DNA of 64,000 nt from Longimicrobiales bacterium (GCA_963664435.2 CAXXKM010000003.1:1730205-1794204), one strand, 5' to 3'; shown: positions 1-10,742, counted from the stretch's first letter. Numbers and translations are program-made. The notes: a model not told the origin generated them from the sequence alone.

Positions 1-153
1 GTCTTGTTTCCATGCGTGATCCGGCTACGCTTTCGTGGGGATGGACGACACTGCCATGAGTTGCTTCCTCGTCTCGAATTGCTTCCTTGTCTCGGAACGC
101 TTCGTTGTAGGTTGAATCCCGAGCCACTTCGCTCCGCATGGAGGTTACATCCG

Positions 154-1521
154 ATGCCGTTCACTGCGATAGATCCCGCGACCGGCCGGCGCATCCGGGA
201 CTACCCGGAGATGTCTTCCGGGGATTACGCCCGCGCCGTGGCAGGCTGCCAGAACGCCTTTCGGGCCTGGCGCGGCACCCCCATGGAGGAGCGGTCGCGG
301 CTGGTGGGAAGCCTGGCGGCCATCCTCCGCCGGCGGCGCGAAGAGTTCGCCGAACTCATGACCCGCGAAATGGGGAAGCCCGTGCGCGAGGCGCGCGCGG
401 AGATCGAAAAATGCGCGACGGTGTGCGAGTTCTACGCCGGGCAGGCCCCCGGCTATCTGGCTCCGCAACCGGTCGAAACCGATGCCCGCCAGAGCTTCAT
501 CACCTTTCAGCCGATCGGCATCGTCTTCGCCATCATGCCGTGGAACTACCCCTTCTGGCAGGTCTTCAGGTTCGCCGCGCCCAACCTGATGGCGGGGAAC
601 GGGACGCTGCTCAAGCACGCGCCCAACGTCCCGGGGTGCGCGCTTGCCATCGAGGGCGTCTTCCGCGAAGCCGGCTTCCCCGACGACCTCTTCCGGGCCC
701 TGCTCATCGACCACGAGCGCGCCGCCGAACTGATCGCCGACCCGCGCGTGCGCGCCGTGACGCTCACGGGGAGCACGGTCGCCGGGAAGACGGTGGCCGC
801 GACCGCCGCCGCCCACGTCAAGAAGTCGGTGCTGGAGCTGGGCGGCAACGACCCGTGCATCGTGCTCGAGGACGCCGACCTGGAGCTCGCCACCCGCCAG
901 TGCGTGACCAGCCGCCTGATCAACGCCGGGCAGAGCTGCATCGCCGCCAAGCGCTGCATCGTGGTGGAGCCCGTGCTCGCGGAGCTGCGCGAGCGGGTCG
1001 TGGAGGCGATGGGCGGGGCGACCTTCGGCGATCCCTTCGACGAGGCCAACCGCATTGGGCCGCTGGCCCGCGAGGACCTGCGCGACCGCCTGCACGCCCA
1101 GGTGCGGGCAAGCGTCGAGGCGGGCGCAGCGCTGCTGGTGGGCGGCGAGGTGCCCGACCGGCCGGGCTGGTTCTATCCGCCCACGGTTCTGGGCGGCGTG
1201 GCCCCGGGAATGCCCGCCTACGAGGAGGAGCTGTTCGGCCCGGTCGTGTCCATCGTGCCGGTGGCGGACGAGCGCGAGGCCATCGCGGCCGCCAACGACA
1301 CCCGCTACGGGCTGGGCGCCTCGGTCTTCACGCGCGACCTGGAGCGCGGGCGGCGCATCGCGGCCGAGGAGATCGATGCCGGCAACTGCTTCGTGAACGC
1401 CTTCGTGCGCTCCGACCCCCAGCTCCCCTTCGGCGGGGTCAAGGAAAGCGGCTACGGGCGCGAACTCTCCCTCTTCGGCATCCACGAGTTCGTGAACGTG
1501 AAGTCGGTGTGGGTGGATTGA
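154..1521 (+). CDS. NAD(P)-dependent aldehyde dehydrogenase, succinate-semialdehyde dehydrogenase (GabD/Sad)-like
   Basis: IMPWNYP, TLTGS, LELGGNDP, NAGQSCIA (catalytic Cys), EELFGPV and PFGGVKESGYGRE motifs. ATG at 154 follows GGAGG. Confidence 0.9.
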   Translation: MPFTAIDPATGRRIRDYPEMSSGDYARAVAGCQNAFRAWRGTPMEERSRLVGSLAAILRRRREEFAELMTREMGKPVREARAEIEKCATVCEFYAGQAPGYLAPQPVETDARQSFITFQPIGIVFAIMPWNYPFWQVFRFAAPNLMAGNGTLLKHAPNVPGCALAIEGVFREAGFPDDLFRALLIDHERAAELIADPRVRAVTLTGSTVAGKTVAATAAAHVKKSVLELGGNDPCIVLEDADLELATRQCVTSRLINAGQSCIAAKRCIVVEPVLAELRERVVEAMGGATFGDPFDEANRIGPLAREDLRDRLHAQVRASVEAGAALLVGGEVPDRPGWFYPPTVLGGVAPGMPAYEEELFGPVVSIVPVADEREAIAAANDTRYGLGASVFTRDLERGRRIAAEEIDAGNCFVNAFVRSDPQLPFGGVKESGYGRELSLFGIHEFVNVKSVWVD

Positions 1522-1624
1522 TTCCACCCTCCAGCCACTCGCATCTCCGGGGGTTGCTCCGTATCTTGGCACGTTGTGAAAGCGTGCCGGGCTCTCTCCG
1601 GCCAGCGACGCCACGAAGGAGGTG

Positions 1625-2266
1625 ATGACCGTGACCGAAGTCGAGATCATCCGCGACCGCGGTCCCCGCAACTACTCCCGCCGCAAGTTCATCAAGGGCG
1701 TGATCGCGGCGGGCGCGACCGTCTCCGCATCCAGCTACCTCTTCCGGGGCCCGGGGGTGTTGACCGCCGGCCAGGCCCGGGGCGGGGTGGAAAGGCTGAT
1801 GACGCTCACCGTCAACGGCCAGCAGCGGCGGGTGGACGTGCTCCCGTACGAGACGCTCGCCATGACCCTGCGCTACAAGCTGGGACTGACCGGGACCAAG
1901 CTGGGGTGCGACCGCGCCGAGTGCGGGGCCTGCACCGTCCACATCGACGGGGTGCCGCACTATTCCTGCTCGATGCTGACCCACCAGGTGCGCGGCCGTG
2001 AGATTCGCAGCATCGAGGGGCTCGAGAGCCCTGACGGGGAGCTTCATCCCGTGCAACAGGCGGTAATGGACGAAGGCGGCTTCCAGTGCGCCTTCTGCGC
2101 GCCCGGCTTCATCATGACCATGGCGGCATTCGTGGAGGAGAATCCCGGCGCCACCCGCGCCCAGTGCGCGCACGCGCTCTCCGGCAACCTCTGCCGCTGC
2201 GGCGACTACAACAAGATCCTCGATTCGGCGGAGCGAGCCGTCGAGTTGATGGGCCAGCGCGCCTGA
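1625..2266 (+). CDS. Xanthine dehydrogenase/aldehyde oxidoreductase family 2x[2Fe-2S] small subunit with Tat signal (PaoA/YagT-like)
   Basis: SRRKFIKG twin-arginine motif; GTKLGCDRAECGACT; QCAFCAPG; GNLCRCG. Confidence 0.9.
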   Translation: MTVTEVEIIRDRGPRNYSRRKFIKGVIAAGATVSASSYLFRGPGVLTAGQARGGVERLMTLTVNGQQRRVDVLPYETLAMTLRYKLGLTGTKLGCDRAECGACTVHIDGVPHYSCSMLTHQVRGREIRSIEGLESPDGELHPVQQAVMDEGGFQCAFCAPGFIMTMAAFVEENPGATRAQCAHALSGNLCRCGDYNKILDSAERAVELMGQRA

Positions 2267-2294
2267 CGGACGGCGTTTTACGGAGGAGGATGAA

Positions 2295-4712
2295 ATGGCC
2301 GAGAAGGCTATTGGACGAGACATCGCGCCGCCGGATCTGCGAGCCAAGATCACCGGCCGGGCCAGGTACGCCGAGGACTTCCGCGCGGAGGGCATGCTGT
2401 TCGCCAAGCTGCTGCTGTCGCCCATGCCCCACTGCAGCGTGCGCCGCATCGACGCGAGCGCGGCGCTGGCGATGGAGGGGGTGGTCGACATCCTGACCGC
2501 CGACGACCCGATGATGCCCGAGATCACCGGGGTGGGCGCGGAGGCGGCCCTGACCAACGAACCGCTCTACGAGGGCGAGCCCGTTCTGGCGGTGGCCGCG
2601 GTCGACGAGACCACGGCGGCGAACGCCATCGAGGCGATCCGGGTCGACTTCGAGCCCCTGCCCTTCGTGGTGGACCCGCTCGACAGCCTGCGCCCGGGCG
2701 GCCCCAACGCCCGCCTGGACGGCAACATCCAGTGGCGCGAGGGCCAGACCCGCGAGATCCGCGAGTTCAAGTGGACCGACGCCGACTTCGATGCGGCAGG
2801 CCCGGATCGCCTTCCCATGGGCGAGCCGCAGGTCGAGTGGAACGTGGGCGATGTCGGGGACGGGTTCGCGGACGCGGATCTGGTGCTCGAGGAGACGATC
2901 CTGCACCAGTCGCTCTCGCATCACCCGATGGAACCGCGCACCTGCATGGCGTACTGGCAGAACGACAAGCTGTACCTGCACGCCTCCACCCAGAGCACCG
3001 CGCGCACCCATGCCGCCCTGGCCAATCGCCTGGGCCTCGACCAGTCCCAGGTCGTGCTGGTGGCGGAGTACTGCGGAGGGGGCTTCGGCAGCAAGATCTC
3101 CGGAGCGCCCATCAACGACGTGGCCGCGATCCTCTCGCGCAAGACCGGACGCCCGGTCATGCTGCGCATCAACCGCTACGAGGAGACCTACATCGGCCGC
3201 GCGCGTCCCGGGTTCCAGTCGTTCGCGAAGATGGGCTTCAGGAACGACGGGCGGGTCACCGCCATCGATCTCTATATCGTGCAGGACGCCGGCTCCTACG
3301 GCAGCTCGGGCGACTTCAACACCGCCGGGACGGTGGCGTCGCTCTCCTACCAGCCCGAGAGCATGCGTTTCCGCGCGGTGTCGGTGTACACCAACACGCC
3401 TCCGCGTTCGGCGCAGCGGGCTCCGGGCGGCGCCCAGATCGTGGCCATGCTCGAGCCCATCATGGACAAGGCCGCGCGCGAACTGGGAGTCGACCGCCTG
3501 GCGATTCGGCGCGTCAACGCCCCCGGGCCCGATGGTTGGCTGGGCGCGAACCAGGGATCCCTCTCGAGTTGCTTCGCGCGCGAGGCGCTGGACATCGGCG
3601 CCGAGGTCTTCGGCTGGGAGGAGAAGACGCAACTGAGTGGAACCCGGCGGGGAACGAAATCCATCGGCGTCGGCATCGGCGTGAGCCCCTTCGTGGGCGG
3701 CAGCCGGGGAATGGACGGCCTGCTGGTGATCCGCCCCGACGGGAAGCTCTACATCCATCAGGGCATCGGCAATCTGGGCACGCACTCGATCGCCGACACT
3801 GCGCGCGCCGCCGCGGATGTGCTGGACATGGACTGGAACGACTGCGAGGTGGTGTGGGGCGACACTTCCCGCAACCTGCCCTGGAGCTCGAGCCAGTCCG
3901 GCAGCCAGACCACCCATGCCCATACCCGCGCCAACCACGCGGCGGCCCTGGACGCCAAGGCCAAGCTGCAGGAGATCGCGGCCGGCGCGCTGGGCGGATC
4001 ACCCGGCGCCTACGACTGCGCGGACGGACGCGTCTTCCAGAGTTCCAATCCCGGGCGCGGAATGAGCTTCGCCGACGCCGCCCGGCGGGCGATCGAGATG
4101 GGCGGCCGGTACAGCGGACAGGAACTGCCCGACGACCTCAACCCGATGACGGTGGCCTCCGCGACCAACCTGGCCGGCGAGGGTCTGATGGGTGTCGCCC
4201 GCGACAACTACGGGGGCGACGGCAGCATCTGGTCATGGGTGATGGGATTCGCCCAGGTCGAGGTGGATGTCGAGACCGGCCAGGTCGACCTGACCGAGTA
4301 CACCGGCGTGACCGACTGCGGCACGGTGCTGCACCCGCGCAGCCTGGGGGCGCAGATCCACGGCGGTTCGGTGCAGGGCTTCGGACAGGCGCGCAGCCAG
4401 AAGTGGGTCTTTGACCCGCAATGGGGCGTGGCCTTCGCCAAGCGCTTCTACACGGCCCGTCCGCCCGGCATTCTGGACGTTCCGCTGGAGATGAAATGGG
4501 CCGCCGTCGACCTTCCCGATCCGCAGACGCCGGTGGGCGCCAAGGGCATCGGCGAACCGCCCGTCGGGGCGGGGGCGGCCGCGGTCGCGTCGGCGGTCGC
4601 AGACGCTCTCGGCGGCCAGTGCCTGTGCCGGACGCCGCTCACCACGGACGTGGTGCTCGCGGCGCTTACGGGCACCGAGCAGCCGTACCGCCCACTCGAA
4701 ACACACGTGTAA
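2295..4712 (+). CDS. Xanthine dehydrogenase family molybdopterin-binding large subunit
   Basis: KITGRARYAED, PMEPRTC, GGGFGSK, QRAPG and GAKGIGEPP motifs; GGAGG RBS. Confidence 0.9.
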   Translation: MAEKAIGRDIAPPDLRAKITGRARYAEDFRAEGMLFAKLLLSPMPHCSVRRIDASAALAMEGVVDILTADDPMMPEITGVGAEAALTNEPLYEGEPVLAVAAVDETTAANAIEAIRVDFEPLPFVVDPLDSLRPGGPNARLDGNIQWREGQTREIREFKWTDADFDAAGPDRLPMGEPQVEWNVGDVGDGFADADLVLEETILHQSLSHHPMEPRTCMAYWQNDKLYLHASTQSTARTHAALANRLGLDQSQVVLVAEYCGGGFGSKISGAPINDVAAILSRKTGRPVMLRINRYEETYIGRARPGFQSFAKMGFRNDGRVTAIDLYIVQDAGSYGSSGDFNTAGTVASLSYQPESMRFRAVSVYTNTPPRSAQRAPGGAQIVAMLEPIMDKAARELGVDRLAIRRVNAPGPDGWLGANQGSLSSCFAREALDIGAEVFGWEEKTQLSGTRRGTKSIGVGIGVSPFVGGSRGMDGLLVIRPDGKLYIHQGIGNLGTHSIADTARAAADVLDMDWNDCEVVWGDTSRNLPWSSSQSGSQTTHAHTRANHAAALDAKAKLQEIAAGALGGSPGAYDCADGRVFQSSNPGRGMSFADAARRAIEMGGRYSGQELPDDLNPMTVASATNLAGEGLMGVARDNYGGDGSIWSWVMGFAQVEVDVETGQVDLTEYTGVTDCGTVLHPRSLGAQIHGGSVQGFGQARSQKWVFDPQWGVAFAKRFYTARPPGILDVPLEMKWAAVDLPDPQTPVGAKGIGEPPVGAGAAAVASAVADALGGQCLCRTPLTTDVVLAALTGTEQPYRPLETHV

Positions 4713-4727
4713 CCGGAGGCTCCGACC

Positions 4728-5726
4728 ATGGCCGTCATTCGCGACATGATCCCGCCGTGCGAGCTTTTCCAGCCGGCGAGCATCGGCGACGCACTCAACC
4801 TTCTCGACCAGTACGGGGACGACTCCTGGGTTCTGGCGGGCGGACTGGACAGCTTCGACTGGTTCAAGGACCGCATCAAGCGGCCGGAAGCCATCGTGGA
4901 CCTCGGGGGCATCGAGGAGCTCACGGGCATCCGCGCCGACGGTGACGGGCTCGTCATCGGCCCGATGACCTCCCTGACCGAGGTGGCGACCCACCCCGAC
5001 ATCGTCGGCCGCTTCGGGCTCCTGGCCCAGGCCGCCGCGGAAGTAGCCACGCCCCAGATCCGCAACCAGGGCACCCTGGGCGGCAACCTCGCCCAGGACA
5101 CCCGCTGCTGGTACTACCGCGGCGGATGGCCCTGCTACCGGGCAGGCGGAAACATCTGTTACGCCTCGGCGCCCAAGGCCATGAACGCCGAGCACTGCGT
5201 CTTCGGCGCCAGCCGCTGCGTCGCAGTCAATCCATCGGACACCGCGCCCGCCACGATCGCGCTGGATGCGCAGATGGTGGTCACGAATTCGTCCGGCGAG
5301 ACCGTGTACGACGCCGAGGACTTCTTCATCGGCCCCGGCATCGACATCGAGCGCATGACGGTCATGGAGCCCGGCGACCTGCTCACCTCGATCCGCATTC
5401 CGGGCACCTGGGCCGGCGCCGACTTCTACTTCGAGAAAATCCGTGACCGCCAGTCGTGGGACTTCTCGCTGGTGACCGTCGCTTCGGCGATCCGCGCCTC
5501 GGGCGGCACGATCCAGGACGCGCGCATCTCGGTAAACGGGGTCGCGCCCTACCCGATGCGGCTGGACGAGGCCGAGCGGGCGGTCATCGGCCAGGCGGCG
5601 AGCGACGACACCGGCATCGCAGCCGGGGACATCGCCATCCGGCGCGCGCAACCACTCCGCCACAACGCGTACAAGCTCCCGCTCATGAAGAATCTGGTGC
5701 GGCGAGCCGTGCGCGCGGAGGTGTAG
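4728..5726 (+). CDS. Xanthine dehydrogenase family FAD-binding subunit with [4Fe-4S] insert (PaoB/YagS-like)
   Basis: LAGGLD, ATPQIRNQGTLGGNL, RCWYYR..C...C..C insert, NPSDTAP. Confidence 0.9.
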   Translation: MAVIRDMIPPCELFQPASIGDALNLLDQYGDDSWVLAGGLDSFDWFKDRIKRPEAIVDLGGIEELTGIRADGDGLVIGPMTSLTEVATHPDIVGRFGLLAQAAAEVATPQIRNQGTLGGNLAQDTRCWYYRGGWPCYRAGGNICYASAPKAMNAEHCVFGASRCVAVNPSDTAPATIALDAQMVVTNSSGETVYDAEDFFIGPGIDIERMTVMEPGDLLTSIRIPGTWAGADFYFEKIRDRQSWDFSLVTVASAIRASGGTIQDARISVNGVAPYPMRLDEAERAVIGQAASDDTGIAAGDIAIRRAQPLRHNAYKLPLMKNLVRRAVRAEV

Positions 5727-5728
5727 AG

Positions 5729-6565
5729 GTGGAGCTCTGGCGCAGGGCCGCCAATCCATGGAATCAGGACGTCCTCATCGGGATCTCCTTCGACCTGATG
5801 TGGGCCGCGCTGATCGCGGGCGTCGTCTTCGTGACCGCGCACGCCCTCTGGGTGCGCCGCCTGGCGACCGCCAACGGTCACGGCGATGACGCCCCGGCTC
5901 CCCCGGGGCTGCCGATGCGCATCCTGCGCCACACTTTTTCGGCGCGGGCGTTCCACTGGCTGATGGCGATCGCCATGTTCGCGCTGCTCGTCACCGCGTT
6001 CTTCCCGTGGGCGGGCATCCAGTTTCCGTGGGTGACCATCCACTGGCTGGCAGGGGTGCTGCTGATCCTGACGGTCGTCTACCACATCATCCACTCCACC
6101 TTCTGGCAGGACTTCTGGTCGATGTGGGTGGGGAAGGAGGACGTCGAGACGGCGAGGCGCGAGGTGAAGCGCTTCTTCGGCAAGGAGCAGCCCGAGGGCC
6201 CCAAGGCGGCCAAGTACCCGCTGGACCACAAGATGTACCACCACGTCATCGTGGTCGTGACCTTCGCGGCCGTGTTGACGGGCGTGCTCATGATGTTCCG
6301 GGTCGACACCTGGTTCTGGGAGCGCAATCCCTACATCCTCTCCGACGCGATGTGGGGCGTGGTCTACGTGGTGCACGGGCTGAGCGGCGTGGCTCTGATC
6401 TCGCTGGTCATCGCGCACATCTACTTCGCGATTCGGCCCGAGAAGTTGTGGATCACGAAGTCGATGTTCAGCGGCTTCGTGAACCGGAAGGACTACCTCG
6501 AGCACCACGACCCCGAGCGCTGGGCGGGCGACAGCCCCCGGGGGCAGCTCCCGGAACAGACTTGA
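5729..6565 (+). CDS. Cytochrome b/b6-domain membrane protein (formate dehydrogenase gamma subunit-like)
   Basis: RHTFSARAFHW, IHWLAG, KYPLDHKMYH, VHGLSG and AHIYFA heme-His helices; HHDPERW tail. GTG start 2 bp after the upstream stop. Confidence 0.8.
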   Translation: MELWRRAANPWNQDVLIGISFDLMWAALIAGVVFVTAHALWVRRLATANGHGDDAPAPPGLPMRILRHTFSARAFHWLMAIAMFALLVTAFFPWAGIQFPWVTIHWLAGVLLILTVVYHIIHSTFWQDFWSMWVGKEDVETARREVKRFFGKEQPEGPKAAKYPLDHKMYHHVIVVVTFAAVLTGVLMMFRVDTWFWERNPYILSDAMWGVVYVVHGLSGVALISLVIAHIYFAIRPEKLWITKSMFSGFVNRKDYLEHHDPERWAGDSPRGQLPEQT

Positions 6566-6996
6566 CGCGGAGCGAGTTGCGCGCCCGCATCGAGGCGATC
6601 GAGGAAAGCTACGAGTTCTTCCTGGCCTACGCGGCCCAGGGAGCTTCCGGTTCCGGGCCAGGTGCTTCAAGTGGCCAGGTGCGGCAGTTCCTGGCCAGGA
6701 CGGAGGAAGCCCTCGCAGGGCTGGGCGAGGGGGTTGCGGAACTGGCGGAAACGGCGGGGCTGACCCCGGCTTCGGCGTATCGCGGGATGGCCGAGGTGCT
6801 GGCCCGGGATGCCGAAAGCACCCTGGCGGCCGTGCAGCTCGTCTCCGCCCAGAGGTGGGTCAGCTCCCAGCTGATCGACAACCTGAACGCCTCCATCCAC
6901 TTCCGGGCGCTTCTCACCGACCTCTTCCTGATCGACGAGATCCTCGATATCCAGGACGCCGCCCGGGGAGGCGACACCCCTCCCGCAGACGGGTAG
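6562..6996 (+). CDS. Hypothetical all-helical protein
   Basis: TTG start overlaps the upstream stop (TTGA); protein-like sequence YEFFLAYAAQG...SSQLIDNLNASIHFRALLTDLFLIDE. Confidence 0.7.
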   Translation: MTRSELRARIEAIEESYEFFLAYAAQGASGSGPGASSGQVRQFLARTEEALAGLGEGVAELAETAGLTPASAYRGMAEVLARDAESTLAAVQLVSAQRWVSSQLIDNLNASIHFRALLTDLFLIDEILDIQDAARGGDTPPADG

Positions 6997-7079
6997 GCAC
7001 CGCAGTCAAATAGTGTACCGGCCCGGGGGAAGTCCCGAGGCCGGGGTTTCGATGCAATCCCATAGGTGAGGCCGGACCC

Positions 7080-9344
7080 TTGAGAATACGACACAGCCAT
7101 GCCCTGTTGGGCCTGATCGCGCTCGCGTGCGGCGGGGGTGCCGCTCCCATGCCTCCGGTGGCCGCCGACCCGCCCGGGCCGGAGAGGGAGCCCGTCGAGC
7201 TCGCGGACGCGCCGGCGCCCCCCGCAGAAGCGGCAGCTCCCGCGCCCCCGGCGCCGCCCGCTGCCGCTGTCGCCCCAGCGCAGGTCGCCGGCCTCGACAC
7301 CGTGCGCGCCGGACGTTTCGACAACGGGCGCATGTGGACCTTCGAGAACCCGCCCTCCGACTACCTGCGCGGCACCTACGGCATCGACGCGGACTCGGTC
7401 TGGTTCCGCCGCGCCCGGCTGGGCGCGCTGCGCATCCCCGGATGTTCGGCCTCCTTCGTGTCCGGCGAAGGGCTGGTGCTGACCAACCATCACTGCGCGC
7501 GCGAGCACATCTCCGCGGTGTCCCGGGAGGGAGAGAGCCTGCTGGACGACGGGTTCTACGCGGAGAGCATGGAAGAAGAGCGGACGATCGCGGAATTCGA
7601 GGCCGATCGGCTCATCGCGATCCGCGACGTGACGGCGGAGATGGACGCCGCCCTCGAGGGCATCAACGAGCCCCAGGCCCGCTCGCAGGCGCGCGAGTCC
7701 GCCGAGGAGGAGATCGCGGCCGGCATCTCCGAGGAATACGGGGGCGAGGACGCCGGCTTTGAAGTGGAAATGGTCTCGCTCTACAACGGCGGACGCACCT
7801 CGGCCTACATCTTCCGGCGCTACACCGACGTGCGCATGGTGATGGCGCCCGAGCTGTCCGTCGGCTATTTCGGCGGTGACCCGGACAACTTCACCTATCC
7901 GCGCTACGCCCTCGACTTCAGCTTCCTGCGCGTCTACGAGGACGGCGATCCACTCGACACGAGCGAGAACTTCTTCCGCTGGAGCGAGACCGGGGTGGAG
8001 CGCGGCGATGCCGTGTTCATGATCGGCAATCCCGGCTCCACCAGCCGCATCCAGACCGTCGCGGAGCTCGAATTCCGGCGCGACGTCTCCGACAAGGGGC
8101 TGCTGGCCTTCGTCAACAACCGCATCGACGCGCTCGAAGCCTTCTACGAAATGGACCCGGAGGCGGGCGAGGCGATGGACCTGCGCAACTCCATCTTCTC
8201 GCTGATCAACACGCAGGAGGCCTACGGGGGAATCCTGCGCGGGCTGCACGACCCGGTGATCCTGGCGAAGCGCCGCGACCAGGAGCGGGCGTTCCAGGAG
8301 GCCCTGGAAGCCGACCCGGAACTCGAGGCGGAGTACGGCGGGCTGATCGCTCGGATGGCCGAGCTGCAGGAACAGAAGGCCGGGCAGGCCGGCGGTTTCG
8401 GGTCCTTCCTGGCCTTCGCCAGCCCCGACTACGAGAGCGCGGCGCTGTCACGCGCGCTCTTCGCCTTCCAGTACGCCAACGGATCGCGCGCCGGAGCGCC
8501 CGCCGAGGCGCTCGAGGGGGTGATGGAGTCGCTTAGGGAAGTGCCGGATCAGCCGCCGGCGCTGCAGGAGCTGCTGCTGGCCGCCCGCCTGCGCGACATC
8601 GAGGCGAGCTACGGGGCCGATTCCCCGCTTGCCACCAGCCTGCTCGGCGGACGCAGTGCCGAGGATGTCGCCGCCTCCATCGTGGCCGAAAGCGTGCTCG
8701 CGGACTCGGCGCGGGCGGTCGAGGCCGTCCCGAGCGGTGGCGTGGGAATGGGTGACCCGGCCATGCAGCTGTTCGGCACCCTCATCTCCGGCATTGGCCC
8801 CTTCCAGCAGGCGCTCGGGCCCATCTCCGCCCAGGAGGAGCAGATCGCGGCGGCACTGGGGCGGGCGCGCTTCGAGGTCTACGGGACCGACGCCCCGCCC
8901 GACGCCACCTTCTCGCTGCGCATCTCCGACGGCGTGGTCTCCGAGTACGAGTACAACGGCACCTTCGCCCCGGTGGTGACCACCTTCTACGGCCTCTACG
9001 ACCGGCACTACTCCCATGTCTCCGGGGGGACGGGGGACGGCGAGTGGGACCTGCCCGAGCGCTGGCTCGACCCGCCGGGAGATCCTGATCTGTCCACGCC
9101 GATGAACTTCGTGTCCACCAACGACATCATCGGCGGAAACTCGGGCTCGCCCCTGGTCAACGCGGGCCTGGAACTGGTGGGGCTGGCCTTCGACAGCAAC
9201 ACCGAGGGCCTCTCCGGCGAGTACATCTTCCTGACCGACCGCGCGCGCGCCGTTTCGGTGGACGTGCGCGGCATCCTCGAGGCGCTCGAGGAGGTCTACC
9301 TGGCCGAGCGCATCGTGGAGGAGCTGCGGGGCGGAGGGAACTGA
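7080..9344 (+). CDS. S46 family dipeptidyl peptidase (DPP7/DPP11-like), lipoprotein
   Basis: GRMWTF, CSASFVSGEGLVLTNHHC, FGGDPDNFTYPR, PDATFSLRIS and NDIIGGNSGSP motifs; LALAC-type lipobox. Confidence 0.9.
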   Translation: MRIRHSHALLGLIALACGGGAAPMPPVAADPPGPEREPVELADAPAPPAEAAAPAPPAPPAAAVAPAQVAGLDTVRAGRFDNGRMWTFENPPSDYLRGTYGIDADSVWFRRARLGALRIPGCSASFVSGEGLVLTNHHCAREHISAVSREGESLLDDGFYAESMEEERTIAEFEADRLIAIRDVTAEMDAALEGINEPQARSQARESAEEEIAAGISEEYGGEDAGFEVEMVSLYNGGRTSAYIFRRYTDVRMVMAPELSVGYFGGDPDNFTYPRYALDFSFLRVYEDGDPLDTSENFFRWSETGVERGDAVFMIGNPGSTSRIQTVAELEFRRDVSDKGLLAFVNNRIDALEAFYEMDPEAGEAMDLRNSIFSLINTQEAYGGILRGLHDPVILAKRRDQERAFQEALEADPELEAEYGGLIARMAELQEQKAGQAGGFGSFLAFASPDYESAALSRALFAFQYANGSRAGAPAEALEGVMESLREVPDQPPALQELLLAARLRDIEASYGADSPLATSLLGGRSAEDVAASIVAESVLADSARAVEAVPSGGVGMGDPAMQLFGTLISGIGPFQQALGPISAQEEQIAAALGRARFEVYGTDAPPDATFSLRISDGVVSEYEYNGTFAPVVTTFYGLYDRHYSHVSGGTGDGEWDLPERWLDPPGDPDLSTPMNFVSTNDIIGGNSGSPLVNAGLELVGLAFDSNTEGLSGEYIFLTDRARAVSVDVRGILEALEEVYLAERIVEELRGGGN

Positions 9345-9348
9345 GGGG

Positions 9349-10641
9349 CTACAGCCCCGTGCGCAGATAACCCCGGATCGCCGACACCGCCCGCTCCACG
9401 TCCGTGTGCGAGTTGTAGAAGTGGGGCGAGAGGCGCACGCCGGTGCGGTCGCTGCCCCCGCGCGCGGCGGCCACGATGCCGTCGTTCTCCAGGGCGGCCA
9501 CCACGGCCCCGGGTGAGAGTTCGCCCGGGCGGAAGGTGACCACGGCCGCGCGCCTCGAGGACTCCTGCGAGGTCCACATGTGCACGCCGTCCAGGACGGA
9601 GAGCTCTTCGACCAGCGCGGTCGCGAGCTCGCGGCTGCGGGCCTCCACTTCGGCCATCGTGATCTCCTGCAGGAACTCGATCTGGGCACCGAAGGCGCGA
9701 ATGGCGGGCTCGTCGCGCTGGCCCAGGCCCTCGTGGGTGCGGGCGAGGCCCCGCGATCCGCTGTAGGCGCTGTACATGGTCGGCCAGAAGCGGTCGTGGA
9801 CGCGGGCGTTCACGTACAGCACCCCCGTCTCCTTGGGACCGCAGGGCCACTTGTGCGCGCTTCCGGTATAGAAGTCGGGCTGCACTTCGGAGAGGTCGAT
9901 ATCGAAGAGGCCGAAGGATTGGGCCCCGTCGACGACCGAGAAGATGCCGTGCTCGCGCGCCAGGGCGCACAATTCACGTACCGGGAAGAGGTCGCCGGCG
10001 GTGTTGGTGAGGTGGGTGAAGGCGATGACCCGGGTGCTCGGTGTAATCGCCTCCCTGAATGCCCGCACGTAGTAGTCGGCTCCGGGATGCGGGCTCGCGG
10101 GCTCGATCTCGCGCACCGTGTAGCCGAAGCGTTGCCCCTTGGCCTTCCAGGCGAGGTTGTTGCTGGGATGGTTGTCGCGCACGATGACCACTTCGTCGCC
10201 CTGGCCCAGCTGGAGGCCGGTCGACACCCAGTTGTTCGCCTCGCTGGTGTTGCGGGTGATGAGGATCTCCTCGGGGGTGACACCCAGGAATTCGGCCAGG
10301 CGGTCGCGCGTGGGCTCCTTCACGCCGTGCATCTCACCGCGGAAGCTGGGCACCGGCTCGCGGTCCATGCGCTCGGTGTAGTCGTACACCGCCTGCAGGG
10401 TGCTCGCGGGCGACGGGCACAGGTTGGCCGCGTTCATGACCGACAGCTCGGGCGGCATGAGGAAGCGGGCGCGCACTTCCTCCCAGTCCACAACCCGGGC
10501 CGGGCCGCTGCTGCGCGCGACCGGCGCGGAAGGGGACCGGCGCGCGAGGCCCTCGAGCGCGGGATGACCGAGGAGCGCCGCCGATCCTCCGGCGGCGAAG
10601 AGACGGGCGAAATCGCGGCGGTTCATGGACGATGCAGGCAT
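9349..10641 (-). CDS. PLP-dependent class V aminotransferase (cysteine desulfurase/isopenicillin epimerase-like) with Tat-like signal
   Basis: MNRRDF N-terminus; TRNTSEA, VDGAQSFG, GSAHKWPCGP and VRLSPHFYN motifs. Confidence 0.85.
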   Translation of the reverse strand: MPASSMNRRDFARLFAAGGSAALLGHPALEGLARRSPSAPVARSSGPARVVDWEEVRARFLMPPELSVMNAANLCPSPASTLQAVYDYTERMDREPVPSFRGEMHGVKEPTRDRLAEFLGVTPEEILITRNTSEANNWVSTGLQLGQGDEVVIVRDNHPSNNLAWKAKGQRFGYTVREIEPASPHPGADYYVRAFREAITPSTRVIAFTHLTNTAGDLFPVRELCALAREHGIFSVVDGAQSFGLFDIDLSEVQPDFYTGSAHKWPCGPKETGVLYVNARVHDRFWPTMYSAYSGSRGLARTHEGLGQRDEPAIRAFGAQIEFLQEITMAEVEARSRELATALVEELSVLDGVHMWTSQESSRRAAVVTFRPGELSPGAVVAALENDGIVAAARGGSDRTGVRLSPHFYNSHTDVERAVSAIRGYLRTGL

Positions 10642-10742
10642 GTGGTCCTCGCGGTCCCGGGGATCAGTGGGGTCTGCGCTGAAAAGTATGCCCGGCCCGC
10701 CCTGCGCGCGATTGCCGACCGGCGCGCCACCTGAGGGCAACA

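Noticed and set aside
61..96. 18-bp tandem direct repeat ttgcttccYYgtctcgRa
   Set aside because: Only two copies at the window edge; no function can be assigned.
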